Origin: an uncultured Spirochaetota bacterium
GTDB taxonomy: Bacteria > Spirochaetota > Spirochaetia > SZUA-6 > CAVTHK01
NCBI GenBank assembly: GCA_963734495.1
Contig: CAVTHK010000008.1
Coordinates: 1 to 64,000, forward strand
DNA length: 64,000 bases
Reading direction: 5' to 3'
This document shows positions 42,110 to 50,904 of the stretch, in pieces. A program made the position numbers and the translations under genes. Below the pieces are notes generated by a model. The model searched no databases, was not told the origin of the DNA, and saw only the letters and a list, made by a program, of their open reading frames with translations. Each line of letters opens with the position of its first letter. The first letter of the stretch is position 1.

Positions 42110-42946
42110 CTACTGGCCTACCTTGAAGTAGAGGTAATCCACGAGATCGACCTTGCCCCCGGCCTGCTTGCCGAGGTCCTCGAGGACTTTCGAGACCTTG
42201 ATCTTCTCGTCCTTCACGAACCCCTGCTCGAGCAGGCAGATCTCGGAGAGGTGCTTGTTGACCTTGCCCTTGACGATGCCCGCCAGCACGTTCTCCGGCT
42301 TGTCCATGCCCTCGACCTGCTTGCGGAAGATCGCTTCCTGCTCCGCGATGTAGGCCGGGGCGATCTGGTCGCGCGAGAGGTACGCCGGAGCGAACGCCGC
42401 GACGTGCAGCGCCAGGTCGAAGGTGACCTCCTTGACCCGCGGGTGCGACGCCAGCGCGGGGCTGCCGAGGCGGAACTTGAGGATCACGCCGATCCGGCCT
42501 TCGCCGTGGATATAGTCCACGAGCATCTCGGCGGGCGAGGCGTCGACCGCCTTGTAGCGGCGCAGCCCCATGTTCTCCTTGATGATGCTCGCGGTGTCCT
42601 TGACGAGGGATTCCAGCGCGGCAGCGTCGACCGCCGCGCCATCCGCGATCACCTTGTCCAGGATCTTCGTTCCGAGGGCGATAAAGTCGTCAGTGCGCGC
42701 CACGAAGTCGGTCTCGCACGAGAGCTCGACGAGGCCCGCCCGCCTGCCGGCGATCCGGGAAAAGACCCGGCCCTCGTTCGTGGTGCGGCCCATGCGCTTG
42801 GCCGTGGCCGCGAGCCCCGACTCCTTGAGCAGCCTTTCCGCCTTGGCCATGTCGCCGCCGGCATCCACCAGCGCCTTCTTGCAGTCCATCATGCCGGCAC
42901 CCGTCTTGTCGCGCAGCTCCTTGACGGCGGCAGGTGTCACGGTCAT
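42110..42946 (-). CDS. tsf: Elongation factor Ts
   Basis: VKELRDKTGAGMMDCKKAL, ELSCETDFVA. Confidence 0.98.
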   Translation of the reverse strand: MTVTPAAVKELRDKTGAGMMDCKKALVDAGGDMAKAERLLKESGLAATAKRMGRTTNEGRVFSRIAGRRAGLVELSCETDFVARTDDFIALGTKILDKVIADGAAVDAAALESLVKDTASIIKENMGLRRYKAVDASPAEMLVDYIHGEGRIGVILKFRLGSPALASHPRVKEVTFDLALHVAAFAPAYLSRDQIAPAYIAEQEAIFRKQVEGMDKPENVLAGIVKGKVNKHLSEICLLEQGFVKDEKIKVSKVLEDLGKQAGGKVDLVDYLYFKVGQ

Positions 42947-42955
42947 TCGTCTCTC

Positions 42956-43930
42956 CTATTCGTCGTAGAGTTTGTCTTCGTCTTCGATGTTCTTTTCCAG
43001 CAGGACCTCGCTCGAGGCTGCCGGCGCCTGCTCCTTGCGCTTTTCCTGCTCTTCGGGGGTGTAGTTGGAGTAGTCTTCGGCCGTGAAGCCGGGGGCCTCG
43101 GCCGGCGCGCCCTCGCCCACGACGGCGGCGACCGGGACCGTCTCGACCTCGCCTGTCCTGGGGGCCGCGGGAACCGCGGCGACCGGCGCCGCACCGGCGA
43201 GCGCGACTTCCTCGTCCTCCTGGAGCGTCTCTATGACTTCGAGGCCGACCTCGTTCTCGGCGTCGATGACCGCGTTGGCGATGATCTGGGTGAACAGCGT
43301 GATCGCGCGGATGGCGTCGTCGTTCCCGGGGATGGGGAAGGTGATGCCCTCGGGGTTGCAGTTGGTATCGACGACGGCGACGATGGGCAGGCCCATGCGC
43401 TGCGCCTCGGCCACCGCGATCGCCTCCTTGCGGGTGTCGATCACGAAGACGACGCCGGGCAGCTCCTTCATCTCCTTGATCCCGCCCAGGTTCTTCTCGA
43501 GGCGCGCCTTTTCCTTGTTGAGCTGCGAGACCTCTTTCTTGGTGAGGTTCTCGAAGGATCCGTCGACCTCCATCTTCTCGAGCTTCTTGAGCCGGAGCAG
43601 CGACTTCTTGATGGTGGCGAAGTTGGTGAGCATCCCGCCCAGCCAGCGGTTGTTCACGTAGAACATGTTGCAGCGCTGGGCCTCTTCCTGGATGGCCTGC
43701 TGCGCCTGCTTCTTCGTGCCGACGAACAGCACGCCCTTGCTGGCGAGCACCGCCTGACGGACGGCCTCGTAGGCTTCCTTGATGGCAGCGATCGTTTTCT
43801 GCAGGTCGATGATATGGATCCCGTTGCGCTCGGCGAAGATGTACTTCTTCATCCGGGGATCCCAGCGCTTGGTCTGGTGACCGAAGTGCACGCCCGATTC
43901 GAGCAGGCTCTTCATCGTGACAACGGCCAA
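42956..43930 (-). CDS. rpsB: 30S ribosomal protein S2 with acidic C-terminal tail
   Basis: [33 protein letters not shown] start after GGAGGGAG. Confidence 0.98.
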   Translation of the reverse strand: MAVVTMKSLLESGVHFGHQTKRWDPRMKKYIFAERNGIHIIDLQKTIAAIKEAYEAVRQAVLASKGVLFVGTKKQAQQAIQEEAQRCNMFYVNNRWLGGMLTNFATIKKSLLRLKKLEKMEVDGSFENLTKKEVSQLNKEKARLEKNLGGIKEMKELPGVVFVIDTRKEAIAVAEAQRMGLPIVAVVDTNCNPEGITFPIPGNDDAIRAITLFTQIIANAVIDAENEVGLEVIETLQEDEEVALAGAAPVAAVPAAPRTGEVETVPVAAVVGEGAPAEAPGFTAEDYSNYTPEEQEKRKEQAPAASSEVLLEKNIEDEDKLYDE

Positions 43931-44067
43931 AGCACTCCCTCCTCGCGGCGCGGTTTCCCGCGCCACGCGCGCCCCGTCGAGGGCGCCCCCTTCTCGTGTT
44001 TCTCGCACCCCTTCGGCCTCGGCGCGCGGCCGGGGCGATGGGGCCGGAAGATATGGCGCTCCCGGTC

Positions 44068-44646
44068 CTAGAACCGGTAACCGCCGGCCCTCAACATGCC
44101 ATAAAACGTCTCGAGCGGCAAGCCCACGACATTGCTGTAGGACCCTTCGATGGAAGCCACGAGAAAGGCGCCTCGCTCCTGCACGCGGTAGGCCCCCGCG
44201 GCGCCCCGCCACTCGCCTGCCCGGAGGTACCAGTCGATCTCGTCTTCCGTGAGGTCGCGGAAGCGGACTCGCGTCGTCGCCAGCGCGGACGTCCGTCGCG
44301 TCCGCGAGCGGCCGAATAGAGGGCAAGACCCGTGTGCACGAAGTGGTCCCGTCCCGCGAGGAGCCGCAGAAAGCCGCGCGCCTCTTCCGGTCCGAAGGCT
44401 TGCCCAGGAGCTCTGCCCGCCACCTCCACGAGGGTGTCGCAGCCGAGCACCCACTGCAGGCGTCCGCGGGCGGCGCGAACGGCGCCCGCCTTGCGCTCGG
44501 CGAGCGCGAGCACCAGCGAGGGCCGGCGCCGCGCCGGGCTCGGCGCGCTCGTCGACGCGCGGGTCGCGGGAGCGGAAGGGCACGCCCGCGCGCCGCAGGA
44601 GCTCCTTTCGCCGGGGCGACGTCGATGCCAGGAGAAGCGGTTCCAT
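44068..44646 (-). CDS. Maf-family nucleoside triphosphate pyrophosphatase (YhdE type), internally frameshifted
   Basis: [12 protein letters not shown], (alternative frame) [31 protein letters not shown]; several compensating indels at 44290-44525. Confidence 0.85.
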   Translation of the reverse strand: MEPLLLASTSPRRKELLRRAGVPFRSRDPRVDERAEPGAAPALAGARARRAQGGRRSRRPRTPAVGARLRHPRGGGGQSSWASLRTGRGARLSAAPRGTGPLRAHGSCPLFGRSRTRRTSALATTRVRFRDLTEDEIDWYLRAGEWRGAAGAYRVQERGAFLVASIEGSYSNVVGLPLETFYGMLRAGGYRF

Positions 44647-44873
44647 CAGAGCCGCCGCGCCAGCAGCGCGGCCGCGCCGCCTCCGATGATGCTGCCCGGG
44701 TTCACCCTGACCGTGAGCGCGACGACGTAGAGGTCGAACACCTGCAGCGGCCCGCTGGCCAGCGACACCGGCAGACGGAGGAGGCGTTCGACGACTTCCC
44801 AGGCCAGACTGCCTGCGACGGCGCCGAGGACGACGATCAGCACGAAGAGAGCAGGGGACGACTTGCTTGCCAT
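44646..44873 (-). CDS. DUF4321-like small membrane protein
   Basis: Two hydrophobic segments, [18 protein letters not shown]; upstream of maf; has its own promoter. Confidence 0.75.
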   Translation of the reverse strand: MASKSSPALFVLIVVLGAVAGSLAWEVVERLLRLPVSLASGPLQVFDLYVVALTVRVNPGSIIGGGAAALLARRL

Positions 44874-44891
44874 GGCGTGTCCGCGCCGCGG

Positions 44892-44921
44892 AGTGTAGGA
44901 GGCGGCCCGGCCGTGGGTCAA
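44892..44921 (-). promoter_or_regulatory. sigma70-like promoter for DUF4321-maf
   Basis: TTGACC-18-TACACT on the minus strand. Confidence 0.6.
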
Positions 44922-44929
44922 GGGCGGCG

Positions 44930-45278
44930 CGGCCGCTGCGCGCGGCGGCGACGCGCCGCGGCTGCCCGCGCGCTCGAGGCGCTGCCGGATCTCGAGCTTT
45001 TCGTTGTCGGGGTTCGGCTGGCAGGGCACGTCGTCGGGAAAGTCCTTCCACGCGCGCAGCGCGAGGCGCCCCCCTCTCGCGACCGTCTCGTTGATGCGGC
45101 CGAGGTCGTGCGTGCGCGCGTAGAAGCTCACCTGGCTCACCGGCACTCCCTGCCAGTCGTAACGGTAGAAGCTGACGGTGTAGCAGCCGTTCTCAGCGAT
45201 GGCGTCCGTGGATTGCCAGCCGAGGGTCGCCATATGGATGCGGATGTCGTAGGCGTCGATGAGAACGCGCTTGCTCAT
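44930..45278 (-). CDS. Hypothetical protein of about 105-115 aa; 3' end uncertain (reads through in frame into DUF4321)
   Basis: Globular-looking N-terminal 105 aa (MSKRVLIDAYDIRIH...WKDFPDDVPCQP) followed by low-complexity sequence; strong upstream promoter. Confidence 0.6.
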
Positions 45279-45286
45279 CGCTGTGG

Positions 45287-45315
45287 ACTATACTATACAT
45301 ATGTATGCTAATCAA
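45287..45315 (-). promoter_or_regulatory. Promoter with palindromic operator in the spacer
   Basis: TTGATT-17-TATAGT; perfect palindrome ATACATATGTAT at 45295-45306. Confidence 0.65.
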
Positions 45316-45431
45316 CCCGGGCGCTTCAACCGCAGGGCCCGCACCAGCTTCTGTCGGCCAATCCGGCTGTGGCGGCGAGATTCGGCCGGTCGACCTTCTT
45401 CATTTTGTGATCTGGGGGCTGGACGCTTGGG

Positions 45432-45502
45432 TTGACAGCGCACGCCCCGGCATGATAAGGTCCAAATGGTAATGCCACTATGCCACCCCTCCATGGTACC
45501 AT
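45432..45502 (+). promoter_or_regulatory. Promoter and FadR-type operator boxes
   Basis: TTGACA-18-TAAGGT followed by TGGTAATGCCA (45467-77) and palindrome ATGGTACCAT (45493-502). Confidence 0.55.
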
Positions 45503-45530
45503 ACCCGGGAGGGACGCGGGGGCTGGACAG

Positions 45531-46283
45531 GTGTTCGAGCCGGTCAAGAACGAGAAGCTCTACAAGATGGTCGTCAGCCAGGTCAAGGCGCTGATAGCCG
45601 ACGGCAAGCTGGCGCCCGGAGACCGGCTTCCGCCGGAACGGGAGCTCGCGGGCCTGCTGTCGGTCAGCCGGGCCAGCCTGCGTCAGGCGCTGTCGGCCAT
45701 GGAGGCGCTCGGAATCCTCGAACGGCGGCAGGGCGACGGGACGTACGTGACGACCGCCAGCGACGAGGTCGACGTCATCGCCTCCTTCAGCGAGAACCTC
45801 GTGAGCCGGCAGCTGACCCCGCTCGAGATCCTGGAAGCCCGCATCGTCGTCGAGTGTCCGGTGGCGCGCATGTGCGCCGAACGGGCCACCGACGACGAGA
45901 TCCGCATCATCGGCGAGCGGCTCGAGCGCCATCGGCTCAAGGTCGGGAAATCCGCTTCGCTCGAGGAAATGAACCGCGATTTCCACCTCGCGGTGGCGGA
46001 GGGCGCCCACAGCGCCTGCGTCCTGCGGCTCGCGCAGGGGCTCTACGAGATGATGGAGACCAACCTCTGGCCCACGCTCAAGACCCTGGTGGAGCAGGAC
46101 GAGCAGCGGACCGAGCACCATCTCGATCAGCACGAGAAGATCTTCGGCTGCATCCGGTCGCGGCGCCCGGCCGAGGCTGAGGAGGCGATGAGGAAGCACC
46201 TGCAGACGATCGAGCACGAGTTCCTCGAGGACGCGCAGAAGGCGAAGGCCGCGGAGCGCCCGCCGGCCCGGAGCCGCAAATGA
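45531..46283 (+). CDS. GntR/FadR-family transcriptional regulator
   Basis: GDRLPPERELA..LSVSRASLRQAL wHTH; FCD domain (NRDFH, HEKI, MRKHL). Start GTG 45531 (ATG 45480 possible). Confidence 0.92.
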   Translation: MFEPVKNEKLYKMVVSQVKALIADGKLAPGDRLPPERELAGLLSVSRASLRQALSAMEALGILERRQGDGTYVTTASDEVDVIASFSENLVSRQLTPLEILEARIVVECPVARMCAERATDDEIRIIGERLERHRLKVGKSASLEEMNRDFHLAVAEGAHSACVLRLAQGLYEMMETNLWPTLKTLVEQDEQRTEHHLDQHEKIFGCIRSRRPAEAEEAMRKHLQTIEHEFLEDAQKAKAAERPPARSRK

Positions 46284-46383
46284 AGGGAGCGGCCGCCGGA
46301 GGCGCCGGGGAACCGTCAGTGAGAAGACACTCGCGGGACGTTGTCCCGCTCCGCAACACCATCATTCGGAAGGGGGCGATACC

Positions 46384-47901
46384 ATGAAAAGGCTTTGCAC
46401 GGCTCTTGTGGTGTCGGTATTGGCTGCGGCCCTGTCGATCGGGGCATTCGCGGGCCCGGTGAGCGAGTCCGCATCCGCGACGGCGAAGGAGGCGCCGCTG
46501 GAGATCCAGATGACGGTGCGGCTCTTCGATCAGGTCCCGGACATGACCAACGCTTACTGGGTCGAGTACCAGAAGAGAACCAACACGAAGCTCGACGTGA
46601 CGTGGATCCCGGACGGCGACTACGCGACCAAGCTGAACCTCATCCTGGCATCGAGCGCGATCCCCGAGGTCCTGATCGCAAACCCGTCCAACAACTGGAA
46701 CAGCCCGCCGTTCCTGAACGCGGTCAAGAACGGGGCCTTCACGGAGCTGACCCCGATCCTCGGCGACTTCAGCAAGTACCCCAACCTCAAGAACAACTGC
46801 GCCCCGAACGCCTGGGTCGTGGGCCGTGCTTTCGGCAAGATCTACGGCGTGCCGCAGAACGTCCCGACCGTCTCCTCAGTCCCGAAGATCCGCAAGGATC
46901 TCCTCGATGACCTCAAGCTCCCGCTGCCCACGACGATGGACGAATACGCCGCGGTGGTGAAAAAGGTGGTCGACGCCAACCCCGGCATCATCGGCATCGT
47001 GTCCAAGCAGGACATGTTCGTGAACTCCAGCGGCGGCCTCGCCGACTCCTTTGGCGTCACCGCGCCCACCTACAACTCCGGAGGCGGGCTCATCTTCTGG
47101 AAGCTGACGCCTCAGTTCGCGGACTTCGTGGACTGGGTGCGCAACGCGTACTCCATGGGGATCCTCGCCAAGGAGTTCTCGGTCATGAAGCCGACCCAGG
47201 CGACCGAGCTCTACACCTCCGGCAAGGCCGTGTCGTTCCTCAACGAGAGCATGAGGTGGGATTACGCGTTCACCGAGATGCTGAAAAAGGTCAAGGCCAA
47301 CGCGGACAACGAGCCGGTTCCCCCGCTCAAGGGACCCAGGGGCTACGCGGCCAAGGCCGGCACCGGCATCGTGGACCAGATGTTCATCAGCGCCAAGGTG
47401 CCCAGGGACAAGGCCATCCGCATCCTCGACTACTTCGAGAAGACCACCAACGAGGAGTACTACACACTGAGCACCTACGGCGTGCAGGGCATCCACTACA
47501 ACATCGTCAACGGCTACAAGGTCGTGACCCCGCAGCGCGACAAGGACCTCGGCTCCAGCGCGCCGTGGCAGGTGCTTCCCCTCATGTACTACAAGTACAT
47601 GAAGACCGACAGCACGGCCGCGCCCGAGGAATACAACATCGCGCACCGCAAGATGGTCGACTCCTGGGGCTACTTTGACAAGGCGATCCCCGACCCGTTC
47701 GACGTCGCCCAGTCGCAGACCTGGATCACCACGTGGCCCAAGTTCGCTCAGGAATGGGCTTCCATGTGCGTCAAGGCGGTCGTCGGGCAGGTCACGATGG
47801 CGCAGTATCGCCAGTACATCGATGGCCTCAACGCCAACCCGGACATCCAGAAGGCGGGTGCCGAGTTCGCGGCCAGCTACAAGGAAATCTTCGGAAAATA
47901 G
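46384..47901 (+). CDS. Oligosaccharide ABC transporter substrate-binding protein (LplA-like)
   Basis: Signal peptide, KLNLILAS..IPEV, GKIYGVP, YGVQGIHY. Confidence 0.9.
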   Translation: MKRLCTALVVSVLAAALSIGAFAGPVSESASATAKEAPLEIQMTVRLFDQVPDMTNAYWVEYQKRTNTKLDVTWIPDGDYATKLNLILASSAIPEVLIANPSNNWNSPPFLNAVKNGAFTELTPILGDFSKYPNLKNNCAPNAWVVGRAFGKIYGVPQNVPTVSSVPKIRKDLLDDLKLPLPTTMDEYAAVVKKVVDANPGIIGIVSKQDMFVNSSGGLADSFGVTAPTYNSGGGLIFWKLTPQFADFVDWVRNAYSMGILAKEFSVMKPTQATELYTSGKAVSFLNESMRWDYAFTEMLKKVKANADNEPVPPLKGPRGYAAKAGTGIVDQMFISAKVPRDKAIRILDYFEKTTNEEYYTLSTYGVQGIHYNIVNGYKVVTPQRDKDLGSSAPWQVLPLMYYKYMKTDSTAAPEEYNIAHRKMVDSWGYFDKAIPDPFDVAQSQTWITTWPKFAQEWASMCVKAVVGQVTMAQYRQYIDGLNANPDIQKAGAEFAASYKEIFGK

Positions 47902-47918
47902 CGACGGCTGACAGGTGC

Positions 47919-47955
47919 GGTGACCCTGGGCGGACCTCCTCCGCCCGGGGTCGCC
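47919..47955 (+). other. Strong intergenic hairpin after the SBP gene (mRNA stability or attenuation)
   Basis: GGTGACCCTGGGCGGA / TCCGCCCGGGGTCGCC, 16-bp stem with G-U pairs. Confidence 0.6.
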
Positions 47956-48004
47956 TTGTCGCCGGTGGAAGCGCCATTGTGTTTCAGGGATACTGGCTCT
48001 TGAC

Positions 48005-48943
48005 ATGACCCCCAAACAGCCGACCGTCATGGCCTCGCGACACAGCCTGGGCCGAAGGATCTTCGAGAGCCGGCAGATCTACCTCCTGTTTCTGCCGGGA
48101 CTGCTGTTCTTTCTGACCTTCCACTACGCACCGATGTGGATGCTGGTCATCGCGTTCCAGAACTACAGCCCCTTTGCGGGGGTGTGGAAAAGCGAATGGG
48201 TCGGGCTGGCCCACTTCAAGAGCCTGCTCTCCGATCCGCATTTCTACGTCCTGTTCCGCAACACCCTCGCCATCAACCTCATCAAGCTGCTGTTCTACTT
48301 TCCCGCGCCGATCTTTCTCGCGCTGATGCTGAACGAAGTGCGGCACAACTCCTTTAAACGGATCAACCAGACCATCGTCTACCTCCCGCACTTCCTTTCG
48401 TGGGTCGTCATCGCGAGCATGACGTTCTTTGCCCTCTCGGTGGACGTCGGCTTTGTCAACAAGGCGCTGGTCAGGATGGGCCTGGGCAGCGTGACGTTCC
48501 TGTCCAACCCGAACTATTTCTGGGGCATCCTCACCGGCCAGATCATCTGGAAGGAGTCGGGGTGGGGGACCATCATCTTCCTGGCCGCCATGGCGGGGGT
48601 GGATCTGGACCTTTACGAGGCCGCCGTGATGGACGGAGCCGGGCGGCTGCGCCAGATCTGGCACATCACGCTGCCGGCCATCCGATCGACAATCGTCGTG
48701 CTCCTGATCCTGCGCCTGGGCGCCATCGCCGACGTGGGCCTGGAGCAGATCCTCCTGATGTGGAACCCGCTGGTCAACGACGTGGCCAACGTGTTCGACA
48801 CCTACTCCTACATGCTGGGCATTCAGCAGGGCGACGTGAGCATCGGCGCGGCCGTCGGGTTGTTCAAGGGCCTGGTGGGGCTCGTCCTGGTTCTCGTCGC
48901 GAACAACGTGGTCAAGAAGCTCGGCCACGAAGGGATCTACTGA
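48005..48943 (+). CDS. ABC permease (LplB-like)
   Basis: WVGLAHF, YLPHFLSWVV, LYEAAVMDGA EAA loop. Confidence 0.93.
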   Translation: MTPKQPTVMASRHSLGRRIFESRQIYLLFLPGLLFFLTFHYAPMWMLVIAFQNYSPFAGVWKSEWVGLAHFKSLLSDPHFYVLFRNTLAINLIKLLFYFPAPIFLALMLNEVRHNSFKRINQTIVYLPHFLSWVVIASMTFFALSVDVGFVNKALVRMGLGSVTFLSNPNYFWGILTGQIIWKESGWGTIIFLAAMAGVDLDLYEAAVMDGAGRLRQIWHITLPAIRSTIVVLLILRLGAIADVGLEQILLMWNPLVNDVANVFDTYSYMLGIQQGDVSIGAAVGLFKGLVGLVLVLVANNVVKKLGHEGIY

Positions 48944-49818
48944 TGGCGACGCTGCTGCGGCGCGGCAAGATGGCCTGGGGCGACTACGTCAACTACGGCG
49001 CGCTCGCTCTCGTCTCCATGATCAGCGTGGCGCCTTTCATCTACGTCATCGTCATCTCGTTGACGGACCCCGCCACCTACATACCCCTGACGTTCTATCT
49101 CATCCCGAAAAGACTGTCGCTCGCCACCTACCAGTACCTGCTGTCGACCAACAGCTTCATGAACTCCCTCAAGAGCACCGTCTTCGTCACCGTGGCCGGA
49201 ACCGTGCTGAACCTGGTGACGACGTTCAGCATGGCCTACGCGCTCACGCGGAAGAAAGTGCCGGGCCGCAAGCTGTTCCAGGCCCTGATCATCGTCACGC
49301 TGTTCTTCCAGGCCGGCATCATCCCCGTGTACCTGGTGGTGCAGAAGCTCGGCCTGCTGAACTCTTACTGGTCGCTGATCTTCGTGAGCCTGACCAACGC
49401 GTGGAGCCTGATCGTCGTCCGCAGCTTTATCGAGTCGATCCCGGCGGACCTGGAAAACGCCGCGCGGATCGATGGCTGCAGCGACATCGGGGTGTTCTTC
49501 CGGATGATCATCCCGCTCTCCATGCCCGCGATCGCGGCCTTCACGCTGTTCTTCGCGGTCCACCACTGGAACACCTACTTCAACGCCCTCATCTACATCT
49601 CCGACACGCGCAAGTGGACGCTGCAGCTGCTGATCAAGCAGCTGGTGATCGACGCGGACGCGATGGGCGCCGCCCACACCGACTCGGACAGGGCGCCGCC
49701 GCAGGAGACCATGAGGATGGCTTCCATCGTGCTCTCGATGCTCCCCATCCTCCTGGTGTACCCGTTTCTCCAGAAGCATTTCGCGAAAGGTGTGATGCTC
49801 GGCTCGATCAAGGGCTGA
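48943..49818 (+). CDS. ABC permease (LplC-like)
   Basis: LENAARIDG, YPFLQKHFAKGVMLGSIKG; ATG overlaps the upstream stop. Confidence 0.93.
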   Translation: MATLLRRGKMAWGDYVNYGALALVSMISVAPFIYVIVISLTDPATYIPLTFYLIPKRLSLATYQYLLSTNSFMNSLKSTVFVTVAGTVLNLVTTFSMAYALTRKKVPGRKLFQALIIVTLFFQAGIIPVYLVVQKLGLLNSYWSLIFVSLTNAWSLIVVRSFIESIPADLENAARIDGCSDIGVFFRMIIPLSMPAIAAFTLFFAVHHWNTYFNALIYISDTRKWTLQLLIKQLVIDADAMGAAHTDSDRAPPQETMRMASIVLSMLPILLVYPFLQKHFAKGVMLGSIKG

Positions 49819-49830
49819 GCGGCAATCTCG

Positions 49831-49878
49831 GGCGCAAAGGCGCGAAGGCGCACAGGCGCAGGCGGACAGGCGCAAAGG
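49831..49878 (+). repeat. Degenerate tandem octamer repeat GGCGCAAA x6
   Basis: ggcgcaaa ggcgcgaa ggcgcaca ggcgca ggcggaca ggcgcaaa gg. Confidence 0.75.
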
Positions 49879-49888
49879 AGTCATCGGC

Positions 49889-50893
49889 ATGGCAGGGACA
49901 CGGACGATCCGCACGGTGCTGGCGACGGTGCCGTACACGGGATGGCACATCGAGAAGCTGCGGGCCGCCTTCGCGCCGGCAAAGGTCGTCCAGGTGGACA
50001 AGAGCGACGCGGCCGGGATCGCGCGGGCGCTCGAGGAGGCCGACGTGGCGGTGCTCGCAGGCGATCTGGACGACCGCACCATCAAGGCCGCGAAGCTCAG
50101 GTGGGTCCACTGCGACCACGCGGGGCTCAACAACTCCGCGCGCCCCGGTGTGTTCGAGAAGGGCCTGATCGTGACCGGCTCGGCGGGCCGCTCGGCGCCC
50201 GTTCTGGCGGAGCACGCCCTCTTCCTCATCCTGTCCCTGATCTACGATTCGCACGGGCTGCACGACGCGCAGAAGGCGCATCGCTGGCGCGGGATTCCCG
50301 GCTACGGCGACCGGCGCGGGATGTTCAGCAAGACCATGGGGATCATCGGCCTGGGCTACACGGGCAAGGAGCTCGCGAAGCGCGCAAAGCTCTTCGGCAT
50401 GCGCGTGCTCGGCTACGCGCGCGGCGCCATGGAGCCGCCCGAGGGCGTGGACGTCCTGTACTGCCTCGACCGCGGGCAGACGCCCGACGCGCTGCTCAAG
50501 GAGAGCGACATCGTGGTCCTCTGCTGCCGGCTGTCGGACGAGACCTGGCACATGATGGGGCCGCGTCAGCTCCAGATCATGAAGCGGACCGCGTTCCTCA
50601 TCAACATGGCCCGCGGTCCCGTCGTCGACGAGCAGGCGCTCATCGCCGCTCTGCGCGCCGGGACGATTGCGGGCGCGGGCTCCGACGTCTTCGAAACGGA
50701 GCCTTTGCCCGCGGACAGCGGGCTGTGGGACGCGCCTCACATGGTGATCACTCCGCACCAGACGCCCGAGGTGCCCGACCTCTGGGCGCAGGGCCTCAAC
50801 ATCATCTGCGAGAACATCCGCCGGTACCGGGCAGGAGAGCCGATGCTCAACATGCTGGTGCCGCGGGACGTCTACACCAAGGGTCAGGGTTGA
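49889..50893 (+). CDS. D-isomer-specific 2-hydroxyacid dehydrogenase
   Basis: GIIGLGYTG Rossmann fold, INMARG (Arg), DVFETEP (Glu), ITPH (His). Confidence 0.92.
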   Translation: MAGTRTIRTVLATVPYTGWHIEKLRAAFAPAKVVQVDKSDAAGIARALEEADVAVLAGDLDDRTIKAAKLRWVHCDHAGLNNSARPGVFEKGLIVTGSAGRSAPVLAEHALFLILSLIYDSHGLHDAQKAHRWRGIPGYGDRRGMFSKTMGIIGLGYTGKELAKRAKLFGMRVLGYARGAMEPPEGVDVLYCLDRGQTPDALLKESDIVVLCCRLSDETWHMMGPRQLQIMKRTAFLINMARGPVVDEQALIAALRAGTIAGAGSDVFETEPLPADSGLWDAPHMVITPHQTPEVPDLWAQGLNIICENIRRYRAGEPMLNMLVPRDVYTKGQG

Positions 50894-50904
50894 AAGGGAC
50901 GAGA

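Noticed and set aside
43931..44067. rpsB (S2) leader RNA
   Set aside because: Hairpins and a GGGGTG are present, but I cannot confirm a match to the known leader without a covariance search.
44646..45278. Fusion of the orphan domain to DUF4321
   Set aside because: The linker is low-complexity and contains a good promoter for DUF4321; more likely two genes with a lost stop, though not excluded.
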